A DNA stretch of 64,000 nt from an uncultured Caulobacterales bacterium (GTDB lineage: Bacteria; Pseudomonadota; Alphaproteobacteria; Caulobacterales; Parvularculaceae). The first letter of the stretch is position 1. Each line of letters opens with the position of its first letter. The translations under genes were made by a program, and so were the position numbers. Under the pieces are notes generated by a model. That model ran no database searches and was not told where the DNA came from. It was given only the letters and a program-made list of their open reading frames with translations. The stretch covers positions 65,521 through 129,520 of the forward strand of contig CAYMPJ010000002.1 of the NCBI GenBank assembly GCA_964392325.1. The letters run 5' to 3'. Positions 39,419 through 48,036 of this stretch are shown here, one piece after another.

Positions 39419-40360
39419 TCAATCCAGATGCAGACAATCTCGCAATGCTACCTCCAGAGGCGTAGATTTAAAATCTGGCAATATAGAAAAGAGCTTACTG
39501 CCATCGATACCGTGGGGCACCTGCCAAAGATAACGCATCTCCATAACTTCTCGAATAGACGGGATTACTAAACCTAAAGTTTTCATGACAGGCCAAGGCA
39601 TTGACCCGACTTTTAATTTTTTCCCGTACACATTCTCAATTGCTGAGACTAATTGTGCGCCGGTTAAATTATATCCCTCAAACCCGAAGGTCACGCAGAC
39701 GGGTAATTCTTCTTCGATCTGCGCCAATTCAACCATAGCCCGCCCCATATCGGGCAAATAAGCCCAGGCATGAAGTCGATCAAGGGGGCCTGGATAGGTG
39801 AATTTTCCTTTTGATATTTTCGCGCTCATATAGCTATCAAACCAGTTCCCGGTTTTTTCGCGCTCCAAAAAATCACCCCCGCGCAAGATTATGGTACGCA
39901 CCCCGGCATTCGAGGCGAGCGCATAAGCCTGTTCCATCTGTACACGCATCACCCCTTTTCGGGTATCTGCACAATGGGGCGTATCCTCATAGAGCGTCAT
40001 GGGCATTTGTGTCCCGTAATTATAGACATTGCCGGGGATCATAACCCGCGCGCCGGTGGCTTTGGCCGCGCCTATCACACTGCTCGTTAAGCGCGGGAGC
40101 TCGCGGGACCATTTCTCATAAGGCGGATTGAGAGCATTAACGATGACATCACAGCCATGCGCTGCTTTGGTCACCGCGTTTATATCGAATGCATCACCCT
40201 CTATGGGATCATAGGTGGTGTCTGTATGGCGCGCTGGCCCATCTTGCCAATTGCGTGCAAAGCCGCGCACTCTCCATCCCGCTTGGCCAAAGGCTCCAAT
40301 AGCAGCACGGCCAAACCGTCCTTTTGCACCCAGAACCAGAACAGATTTCGGCATTTTCAA
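39419..40360 (-). CDS. NAD(P)-binding epimerase/dehydratase-like (atypical SDR) protein
   Basis: N-terminal Rossmann motif VLGAKGRFG; divergent from a LysR regulator gene. Confidence 0.8.
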   Translation of the reverse strand: MKMPKSVLVLGAKGRFGRAAIGAFGQAGWRVRGFARNWQDGPARHTDTTYDPIEGDAFDINAVTKAAHGCDVIVNALNPPYEKWSRELPRLTSSVIGAAKATGARVMIPGNVYNYGTQMPMTLYEDTPHCADTRKGVMRVQMEQAYALASNAGVRTIILRGGDFLEREKTGNWFDSYMSAKISKGKFTYPGPLDRLHAWAYLPDMGRAMVELAQIEEELPVCVTFGFEGYNLTGAQLVSAIENVYGKKLKVGSMPWPVMKTLGLVIPSIREVMEMRYLWQVPHGIDGSKLFSILPDFKSTPLEVALRDCLHLD

Positions 40361-40521
40361 ATCCCCTTTTTAAACTTGACAGAAATACTCTATCCATCCA
40401 CATTTAATGTATCAATTTGCCAATAATGCATTATGATATTCAAATATGAATAGATAAAAACGTGAATGGAATAGGCATGAATAGCCGGGGGGGTATGGAT
40501 AAATTGGGGGGCCACTCACAG

Positions 40522-41409
40522 ATGGATAATTTAAATAATCTGGATTGGAGCCTCCTGAAAAGTTTCGCCGCTGTTGGCGAACATGGCTCCCTTTCAGCTG
40601 CTGCAAGAGCCACACAAACCAGCCAGCCGACAATCAGTCGGCATATCTCCACTCTTGAACAACAAATTGGTCTACGTCTTTTTGACAGAGATATTAATGG
40701 TGTTGCATTAACGGCAACGGGTGAGGCGCTTATGGGCCATGTTAAAGACATGGCTGACGCGGCGGCGCGTCTTTCTATGTCCCTGGATGGAAAAACCCAG
40801 AATCTTTCTGGCAGTGTACGCATTACTGCCAGCCGGATTGTTGCTACCTACATATTACCAGACATCATAACGGCCCTGCGTGCGCTCGAACCGGAAATCA
40901 CTCTGGAGATCGTAGCATCGGATAAAACCGATAACTTATTACGCCGTGAAGCCGATATTGCTATTCGTATGTATCGACCAACGCAGTCTGATATTATTGC
41001 CCGTAAAGTGGGCGAGCATGCAATCGGCATGTTTGCCCGTAAAGATTATATCAAACGTCGCGGAATGCCCAAGACTTTAGAGGATATGACCCATCACGAT
41101 TTTATTGGTTATGATAGAGACACTCAAATTATTGATGGCTTTAAAAATGGAGGAATGGAAGTTGACCGAACATTTTTTGCTTTCAGATCAGACGATCAAG
41201 TCCTTTGCTGGAAAATGGTATTGGCAGGTTTTGGTATCGGGTTTAATCAGGTTAAAATCGGAGAAAAGGAACCTGATTTAGTCCGTGTCATGATCGCCGG
41301 CGAGGTGGCCCGGCTTCCGATCTGGCTTGCTGCACATACGGAGCTAAAATCAAGCCCCAGAGTTAGGCGCGTTTTTGATTTTCTGGCGCAACATTTAAAC
41401 GCACTGTGA
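40522..41409 (+). CDS. LysR family transcriptional regulator
   Basis: wHTH sequence SLSAAARATQTSQPTISRHISTLE plus a LysR substrate domain. ATG at 40522 (MDNLNNLDW). Confidence 0.9.
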   Translation: MDNLNNLDWSLLKSFAAVGEHGSLSAAARATQTSQPTISRHISTLEQQIGLRLFDRDINGVALTATGEALMGHVKDMADAAARLSMSLDGKTQNLSGSVRITASRIVATYILPDIITALRALEPEITLEIVASDKTDNLLRREADIAIRMYRPTQSDIIARKVGEHAIGMFARKDYIKRRGMPKTLEDMTHHDFIGYDRDTQIIDGFKNGGMEVDRTFFAFRSDDQVLCWKMVLAGFGIGFNQVKIGEKEPDLVRVMIAGEVARLPIWLAAHTELKSSPRVRRVFDFLAQHLNAL

Positions 41410-41442
41410 AAGAAAATTCAGTCTCACCCTAACCTTAAAACC

Positions 41443-42333
41443 TTAACTGGCTTTAGAGTTGCCACCAAGCCAGGATTTACGTTTTGGCTTATCCTGCTCA
41501 CTACTGATTTCCTCAGCCACGGCCTCAAGACGTCTGACCGCCAAGTCCGGATCCTGGGTTTCGGGCACCACAAGCCCCATGGAGAAGACCACTTTCGCCG
41601 CTTCCTCAACACTCATGGTCAAAATGCGCAAGGAACTTCGCGAGACAAAGAGAAGAAAGCCGGATGTGGGATTTGGGACAGTTGGCACAAAAATGCTGAC
41701 CAGATCATCCCCCTTATCATTGAGCATTTCATTTACTTCTCCCTTGGCATCTCCGACAACAAAGGACATTGCCCAAACCCCCGGCCTTGGATATTCAACC
41801 AATGCAACCTCTTTGAAAGAGCGATCAGATTGTTGCAGGGCAGTCTCGAAAACATTTTTAAAGAAACCATAGAGGTTGCGAACAACCGGAACGGAATCAA
41901 CCAAACGCTCCCACGCATTTAAAATTGAGCTCCCGATAAAATTTCGCGTTAATGCTCCTAAAAAAATCAGAACAAAAATAGCAACGACAACACCGATAAA
42001 GGGGAAGTTAGTTATAAATGCATCGACAAGCTGATTTCCGCTATTGGGAAACCATTTTTTGACGAATTGATCTACATTGGAAAGCGGCCCGGTAAACAGC
42101 CACCACATTAACCAAGCGGTAATACCAAAGGGCGCTGCGATCACAACGCCGGCGAAAAAATTCGAGCGTAATCTGCTCATAAAGCTGGTTCGGGTCGGCT
42201 TAATCAGGGGATCGCCCCCTTTGGAGAGACTTTCCGAAAAATCACCCCCCAGATCCTGAAATCCTTTATTGGTTGAATTTGAGGATTGGTGACCTACCCC
42301 GGATCCTTTGTCATTCCCCTTTTTATCGGTCAT
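41443..42333 (-). CDS. DUF502 domain membrane protein
   Basis: VALVEYPRPGVWAMSFVVG and FVPTVPNPTSGFLLFV are hallmark DUF502 motifs. Confidence 0.8.
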   Translation of the reverse strand: MTDKKGNDKGSGVGHQSSNSTNKGFQDLGGDFSESLSKGGDPLIKPTRTSFMSRLRSNFFAGVVIAAPFGITAWLMWWLFTGPLSNVDQFVKKWFPNSGNQLVDAFITNFPFIGVVVAIFVLIFLGALTRNFIGSSILNAWERLVDSVPVVRNLYGFFKNVFETALQQSDRSFKEVALVEYPRPGVWAMSFVVGDAKGEVNEMLNDKGDDLVSIFVPTVPNPTSGFLLFVSRSSLRILTMSVEEAAKVVFSMGLVVPETQDPDLAVRRLEAVAEEISSEQDKPKRKSWLGGNSKAS

Positions 42334-42604
42334 AATATACTCATTCTTGCTCGTGTTTTCGCGTGCGCACTATAGCGTGCTCTAGCACATAATCCCATTG
42401 CTCAAAACCAGCTTCTATCCGGGCGTATACCCTTAAAAATAAAAATATCCGTCCAAAATTACGCCATCGCAACAGATAACCTTGTTATCCCTAATGTAGC
42501 TGTTAAAACCAGCGCAAAACGACTAGAACACGTTATAAGAGACTGCAGGATTCTGATTTTTCAATAGATTTACACTGATATCTAGATAAGGCGTTAACAG
42601 GGCA

Positions 42605-43903
42605 ATGAAAAGGAGATTTATATTAATATTTACGGTACCCGTTCTCGTATGCGGGCTTTTGCTACTGGGTATCTATATTTTTCAGGACAATTTGAGCCGT
42701 CATACCATTAATCCACGAACGCCCTTTCTAACCGTCAAAAAACCACCAGCACCCGATTATCGCCGCGATTTTGGCCAAGAGCGCGAAACGCAGGACCCAG
42801 ATACTCGGCCAGATACTGGACCCAACACTGGCAAAAACGCATGGGCTTTATGGCCCAGCACGCAAACCCAATATCCAAGAGTGAGCCAGGAGAGCGATAA
42901 TTTATCCGGAGAAGATGCCTCTAAAATTGCCGAGATTTTCTACATCCACGGCAATGGCTATTATGACAAGGCAAATTGGAACGCAGATATCCATGATGCG
43001 GATGCAACAACCGTTCTCGAACAGATCTCTATTCCCAATGAGATTGGCCCCTTTTTTACCGTTGGCGAAATTTTTGCTCCGCGTTATCGCCAATCAACTT
43101 TGTTCTCCAGATTTACCCACAAATATGATGGCGTCGCATCCCAGCGATTAGCTTACACAGATGTCCGATCCGCCTTTATCCAATATTTAAGCGCAGCCAA
43201 CCCGGAACGCCCGCTTATTCTGGTTGGCTATGAACAGGGCGGATTATACCTTACAGGATTACTACGCGAGTTTTTTGCCAACAATAAAGAGCTCCGTGAA
43301 CGCCTCGCCGCCGCTTATGTGATTAATTACGGAGTTCCTATCTCGCTGGTTGAGAATAATCATATGGGCGTCCCCGCTTGCCAATCCCCTCAGCAAACCG
43401 GATGTCTGATATCCTATAATGCTTATGAGGCAAGCTTAAAACATGAAGTCACCCGTACCCGTAATCGCACTTTAATGATTGATAGCGCTGAACAGTTCAC
43501 AACTGTCACAGATGAGGAAATGCTTTGCATTAATCCATTATCATGGACCAGCACGAAGGACTATATCGACGCAAAAAGCCATCGCGGCGGCGCTTCAGCG
43601 ACAGGCCTCGTTATTGAACAGGAACCACCGATCATTAAACAGGCTATAGGCGCGCAGTGTGTTGAGGGCGTTTTGATTATCGACAAGCCTGAAAAACGGT
43701 TTTTACGAAGAAGACACTGGTTTGGCCAGCAATGGCGCGCGCAATCGTTTAATCTATTCTATGCAGATTTACGCGAAGATGCGCTGCGCCGGGTTGATAT
43801 ACATCGCCCTGTTCTGGCAGAAAATATTCGCCAGCTTGATCCCATCGCTATCGACGGCTCGATAGAAGTTGGTGACAGCCCCATTAACAAAGTTCCAGAC
43901 TAA
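42605..43903 (+). CDS. DUF3089-like alpha/beta-fold protein, N-terminal anchor
   Basis: FYIHGNGYY and FAPRYRQSTL match the DUF3089 pattern. The elbow reads GYEQG where I would expect GHSQG. Confidence 0.65.
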   Translation: MKRRFILIFTVPVLVCGLLLLGIYIFQDNLSRHTINPRTPFLTVKKPPAPDYRRDFGQERETQDPDTRPDTGPNTGKNAWALWPSTQTQYPRVSQESDNLSGEDASKIAEIFYIHGNGYYDKANWNADIHDADATTVLEQISIPNEIGPFFTVGEIFAPRYRQSTLFSRFTHKYDGVASQRLAYTDVRSAFIQYLSAANPERPLILVGYEQGGLYLTGLLREFFANNKELRERLAAAYVINYGVPISLVENNHMGVPACQSPQQTGCLISYNAYEASLKHEVTRTRNRTLMIDSAEQFTTVTDEEMLCINPLSWTSTKDYIDAKSHRGGASATGLVIEQEPPIIKQAIGAQCVEGVLIIDKPEKRFLRRRHWFGQQWRAQSFNLFYADLREDALRRVDIHRPVLAENIRQLDPIAIDGSIEVGDSPINKVPD

Positions 43904-43931
43904 ATCACGACTTAAAGAATGAGATAACATC

Positions 43932-44804
43932 ATGATGAAAATCAGAAAATTGGTAGTGCCTGTTGCAGGGATGGGAACGCGCGTACTTCCCGCAACAAAA
44001 ACAACACCAAAAGAAATGCTTACAGTTATAGACCGTCCACTGATTGATTATGTTGTCCAGGAAGCATATGACGCCGGTATTGAACACATTATTCTGGTAA
44101 CCGGAAGAGGTAAAGGCGCAATTGAAGATTATTTCGATCATTCTTTCGAGCTTGAACATGCGCTAGAGGTAAAAAACAAAACCGAAATTCTTGAAAGCGT
44201 CATCAATACAATTCCTCAGGCCGGCAATATTTCCTACACCCGCCAACAAGCCCCTCTCGGACTAGGCCATGCAGTCTGGTGCGCCCGGGAGCTGGTTGGA
44301 AACGAGCCTTTTGCCGTATCCCTGCCAGATGAGATCGTGCCCACCTCACCGGGATTTCTGAAACAGATGGTTCAATCCTATGAAGAGACGGGCGGCAATC
44401 TCGTTGCTGTCGAGGAAGTCCCTCTCCAAGACACCAGCAAATATGGGGTGATTGCGCCAACGGAAAATCTAGGCAAGCTCGTTAAAATGTCCGGCATGAT
44501 CGAAAAACCCGCGCCAGAAGAGGCTCCGTCCAATTTACGCATTATTGGCCGCTATATTCTTCAACCGGAAATCTTTAAATTGCTGGAAACCCAGGAACGC
44601 GGTGCTGGCGGAGAAATCCAGTTAACGGACTCCATGAATACACTCGCAGGACAACAAGATTTTCATGCCTGCATTTGTGATGGGCCTATTTATGATTGCG
44701 GGTCCAAAACCGGCTGGATGCAGGCAAATATCAAACTCGGTATTGATCATCCGGAATTTGGCGAAACCATGCGCGACTATATCCGTTCTCTGAATATGTC
44801 TTGA
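43932..44804 (+). CDS. galU: UTP--glucose-1-phosphate uridylyltransferase
   Basis: PVAGMGTRVLPATKTTPKEML, GHAVWCA and IEKP motifs. Confidence 0.93.
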   Translation: MMKIRKLVVPVAGMGTRVLPATKTTPKEMLTVIDRPLIDYVVQEAYDAGIEHIILVTGRGKGAIEDYFDHSFELEHALEVKNKTEILESVINTIPQAGNISYTRQQAPLGLGHAVWCARELVGNEPFAVSLPDEIVPTSPGFLKQMVQSYEETGGNLVAVEEVPLQDTSKYGVIAPTENLGKLVKMSGMIEKPAPEEAPSNLRIIGRYILQPEIFKLLETQERGAGGEIQLTDSMNTLAGQQDFHACICDGPIYDCGSKTGWMQANIKLGIDHPEFGETMRDYIRSLNMS

Positions 44805-44886
44805 ATTTTTTAAGCGCACTAGCTATCAGTTTCATCCCACCCTAGCAATCATACCCGCCCTTCTTATCATTTCCGCCCCCCTTGTC

Positions 44887-44906
44887 ATTCCCGCGAAAGC
44901 GGGAAT
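44887..44906. repeat. Palindromic element ATTCCCGC-GAAA-GCGGGAAT
   Basis: A perfect 8-bp stem with a GAAA loop lies between the convergent galU and nuclease genes. It is preceded by the related half-sites CATACCCGCC and CATTTCCGCC. Confidence 0.6.
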
Positions 44907-44965
44907 CCGAAAAAGCTCATATTCATCGCCCTCTTTAATGAGAGGATCAATATACGATGAATAGT

Positions 44966-45826
44966 TTACGCACATAATTGCGCGTCAATACATTTTGGTA
45001 TCAGGCAGAGGGAATGTCCTACCGCAACTGACGGACCATTAATCCATTCGACAAAACCGCGAAAACTGACCGTTTGACCCTCCAGAGTTTTTAAATCTTC
45101 CGCCTCTATGGACCAGAATTTGGACCATTGCCTAGCGGCACGGCTATCGATGGTTGCGGTCACATCGGTTTTATAGTCATCGCCAAAATTTAAAAACCAA
45201 CGTCCGCCAAATTTTCCGACCCCGACAATCCGGCCGGAAAATATTTGTTGGCTGCCAATACAATCGCGCGCATCACTAACATTATTGGCATCACGCATAC
45301 GATACCACGAAAGCGCCCATAAACCCTTTTGTTCGTTTCTGGCCTTTTCCTCCAGGGCAAGAAGCGTATTAATTTCATCATAATCAGAATTAATCGGCAT
45401 GACCCGCGCTGCGCCGCGCACGATTAAATCCTCTTGGAGGCTATTTACCTTTGCGCGCAAACTTGGCAATCGCACAACTTTATCGCCCCACCGTGTGACT
45501 TCACCCGTATATTCAATCACATAATTATCTTTATCAAGAATGGACTGGAGCATATTTCGTGACATACGAGAAAATTGCCGGGCATTATTTAACAAAACAT
45601 CATTTTCAGGACTTATGATATTTGCAATTACACAATTTTCTTCCCCCGATCGAAACCGATGACCGCTTAACGCGGTTGCGCCGGAGGCGTTAAAATTATT
45701 AACACCACTCTTTGCCAAGGCTCTTACACCTCCAAAGGGTAGGGAAAGCGCACAAATTCCGGCAGAAAATTTGCGCCGGTTTATCTCAAAAGATTTTTTT
45801 GCAAGATTATATTTTTGTCCGTACAC
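44966..45826 (-). CDS. Thermonuclease (SNase-like) family protein with signal peptide and extra C-terminal domain
   Basis: LIVRGAARV and EEKARNEQKGLWA are SNase motifs, and RRKFSAGICALSLPFGGVRALA looks like a signal peptide. The start is uncertain: GTG at 45826 or ATG at 45859. Either one overlaps the end of pbpC. Confidence 0.7.
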   Translation of the reverse strand: MYGQKYNLAKKSFEINRRKFSAGICALSLPFGGVRALAKSGVNNFNASGATALSGHRFRSGEENCVIANIISPENDVLLNNARQFSRMSRNMLQSILDKDNYVIEYTGEVTRWGDKVVRLPSLRAKVNSLQEDLIVRGAARVMPINSDYDEINTLLALEEKARNEQKGLWALSWYRMRDANNVSDARDCIGSQQIFSGRIVGVGKFGGRWFLNFGDDYKTDVTATIDSRAARQWSKFWSIEAEDLKTLEGQTVSFRGFVEWINGPSVAVGHSLCLIPKCIDAQLCA

Positions 45827-47987
45827 GCACCTGAACCTTCGCTGACTTACCAGATTCATCAACCATCGCAATCGTATAAAAACCGCCACGCTCGGGAAAC
45901 CACAAATGGCGCTGTCCAAGAGGGTCAGGAAATATTTTTTGTCCCTCCACATACCAACTCGCCTGCCCAGCCCCGCCGCGCCCACTAAGAGCAATGCCGC
46001 GTTTGGCGGTTTTCGGTCCAATAAAAATCTCTATGCCATTTTGCGGAAACACAATACTGGGCGGGTGTGATTTGACGGGATATATTCCCTCCTCATGATC
46101 AGGAATAGTTACCAATAGCAGATCTTCTATATTCTCATCCCCATTATCGATAGCCTCATTTTCAATGGGATCTTGATCAAGATTTTCCCGCGCGATCAGG
46201 TCAAACAGGGAAAATAATAACGGCGCAGCAACTTTGCGGCCTGTTGCTCCCGGACGCGGAGCGCCATCCGCCCGCCCTACCCAGACGATAATTGTATGCT
46301 GATCGTTAAATCCTGCCGCCCAAGCATCACGAAACCCATAGGACGTACCCGTCTTAAAGGCGATATTGGGGGCATTTTGCACTAATTTAGCCGGAGCACG
46401 CCCTTTTAAGGAGGGGACATCATAAAGAATTTTTGCAATCTTTTTTGCATTTTGTGCCGATATAAATTGATATCCACCCTCACCAAGGACTTGTTTCTTT
46501 TTGTTTTGATCTCCAGAGGGCATAACAACACGCAAAGGGTGTATTTTACCATCTTGTGCAAGGGCTGCATAAAGGCTTGCCAAATCGCGCATCCGGATAC
46601 CAGCCCCGCCGAGTGCGAGAGCCAATCCATCTTTTTTATCGGCGCGGGCCCGGGTTTTTAAATCCGCACCCGCCATATTAACGGCCGCAGAAAACCGCGC
46701 ACTCCCCACACTCTCCAAAGCCGCAACCGCAGGAATATTTAACGAATGCTGCAAGGCTTCACGAATGCGTACCTCCCCGCGAAAAGTGCGATCAAAATTT
46801 TCGGGACTATAGCCCCTAAAACTGCGCGGCATATCATTGATCACCTGATTTGCGTTCAGCAAGCCATCTTCAAATGCTAAACCATAAATGAAGGGCTTTA
46901 ACGTTGACCCCGGCGAGCGCAACGCGTTGGTGAGATCAATCCAGCCGCCGGCGACTTTACGGCTTGAGGAGCCAACCAAAGCCCTGACATCACGGCTATG
47001 ATTATCGACGATAATCACGGCCGCGGTGGTTTCATCGCGCCACTGTTTTGCATAATGGGCAACCAGCTTTTCAGCGCCAGTTTGGAGACCAATGTCGAGC
47101 GTAGTGTGCACAACCCCTTGGATTGACGCGTTTTGCTGCGTTTTGTTTTGCGAACTTCCCGGCCCGCGTGAAACCGAGTGAGCAAAATGCCAAGCGGCTT
47201 GTTTAAATGCATGTTTCTTGCTTGGTAATGGCGCTCTTGCAGCTTCCTCGCCGCGGCGCGGCGTTATAAGATCAAGCGCAATGAGTTTGTTTAATATTTT
47301 TTGCCGCGAGGATTTTGCATTTTCAGGCTTTCTATCAGGCCGCCTTGCTTCGGGGGCTTGGGGAAGGGCTATCAATAAAGCCTGCTCGGCATTGGTTAAA
47401 TGGCCCGGCTCTTTTTCAAACCAGATAAGGCTTGCCGCGCGGATACCCTGAATATTACTTCCATAGGGAGCAAGGGTTAAATATAGAGAGAGAATTTCAT
47501 CTTTTGAAAGACGTCGCTCAATTTGCAGGGCACGGAGCATTTCAATTAATTTTGAGCCAAGATGGCGCGGACGTGGCTCGAGCAATCGCGCCGTCTGCAT
47601 GGTAATTGTTGAAGCGCCCGAGACAATTCGACCAGAGGAAATTGCGCTTTGGGCCGCTCTGATCACCGCCAGTAAATCAACGCCGTTATGGCTATAAAAT
47701 CGTTTATCTTCTATCTGTAAAAGTCGCTCGATAAACGCGCTATCGAGCGCTTCAATATCGGCATGAAAACGCCAATTGCCATCTTTATTGATAAAGGCAT
47801 GCACCCAATTACCATTGCGATCAATAACCAGTGGGCTGAAATTTTCACGTTCCTGCAAGGGCGGCGGGAAGCTTATATCCAATAAGGCAATAAAGGCGAA
47901 AAGGGTGATAAAACCATAAAGCAGGGTGCGCCGCTTCTTTGCGCATCCCTTTATATGCATTATGATTTTGCCGATCGCCGTCATCAT
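45807..47987 (-). CDS. pbpC: Penicillin-binding protein 1C
   Basis: Glycosyltransferase motifs EDKRFYSHNGVD and GASTITMQ, transpeptidase motifs SPGSTLKP and KTGTS, and its position after the alpha-2-macroglobulin gene. Confidence 0.9.
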   Translation of the reverse strand: MMTAIGKIIMHIKGCAKKRRTLLYGFITLFAFIALLDISFPPPLQERENFSPLVIDRNGNWVHAFINKDGNWRFHADIEALDSAFIERLLQIEDKRFYSHNGVDLLAVIRAAQSAISSGRIVSGASTITMQTARLLEPRPRHLGSKLIEMLRALQIERRLSKDEILSLYLTLAPYGSNIQGIRAASLIWFEKEPGHLTNAEQALLIALPQAPEARRPDRKPENAKSSRQKILNKLIALDLITPRRGEEAARAPLPSKKHAFKQAAWHFAHSVSRGPGSSQNKTQQNASIQGVVHTTLDIGLQTGAEKLVAHYAKQWRDETTAAVIIVDNHSRDVRALVGSSSRKVAGGWIDLTNALRSPGSTLKPFIYGLAFEDGLLNANQVINDMPRSFRGYSPENFDRTFRGEVRIREALQHSLNIPAVAALESVGSARFSAAVNMAGADLKTRARADKKDGLALALGGAGIRMRDLASLYAALAQDGKIHPLRVVMPSGDQNKKKQVLGEGGYQFISAQNAKKIAKILYDVPSLKGRAPAKLVQNAPNIAFKTGTSYGFRDAWAAGFNDQHTIIVWVGRADGAPRPGATGRKVAAPLLFSLFDLIARENLDQDPIENEAIDNGDENIEDLLLVTIPDHEEGIYPVKSHPPSIVFPQNGIEIFIGPKTAKRGIALSGRGGAGQASWYVEGQKIFPDPLGQRHLWFPERGGFYTIAMVDESGKSAKVQVRVRTKI

Positions 47988-48036
47988 TTATAAACCGGTG
48001 ACGCCGCTATCGCGGCTCCTTTAATCATGCCCCTGC

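Noticed and set aside
44966-46021. The full 351-aa ORF-track version of the nuclease gene, which overlaps pbpC by about 215 nt.
   Set aside because: The first ~55-65 residues are the alternative-frame read-through of the pbpC 3' end and have no nuclease or signal features. I trimmed the start to GTG 45826 or ATG 45859.
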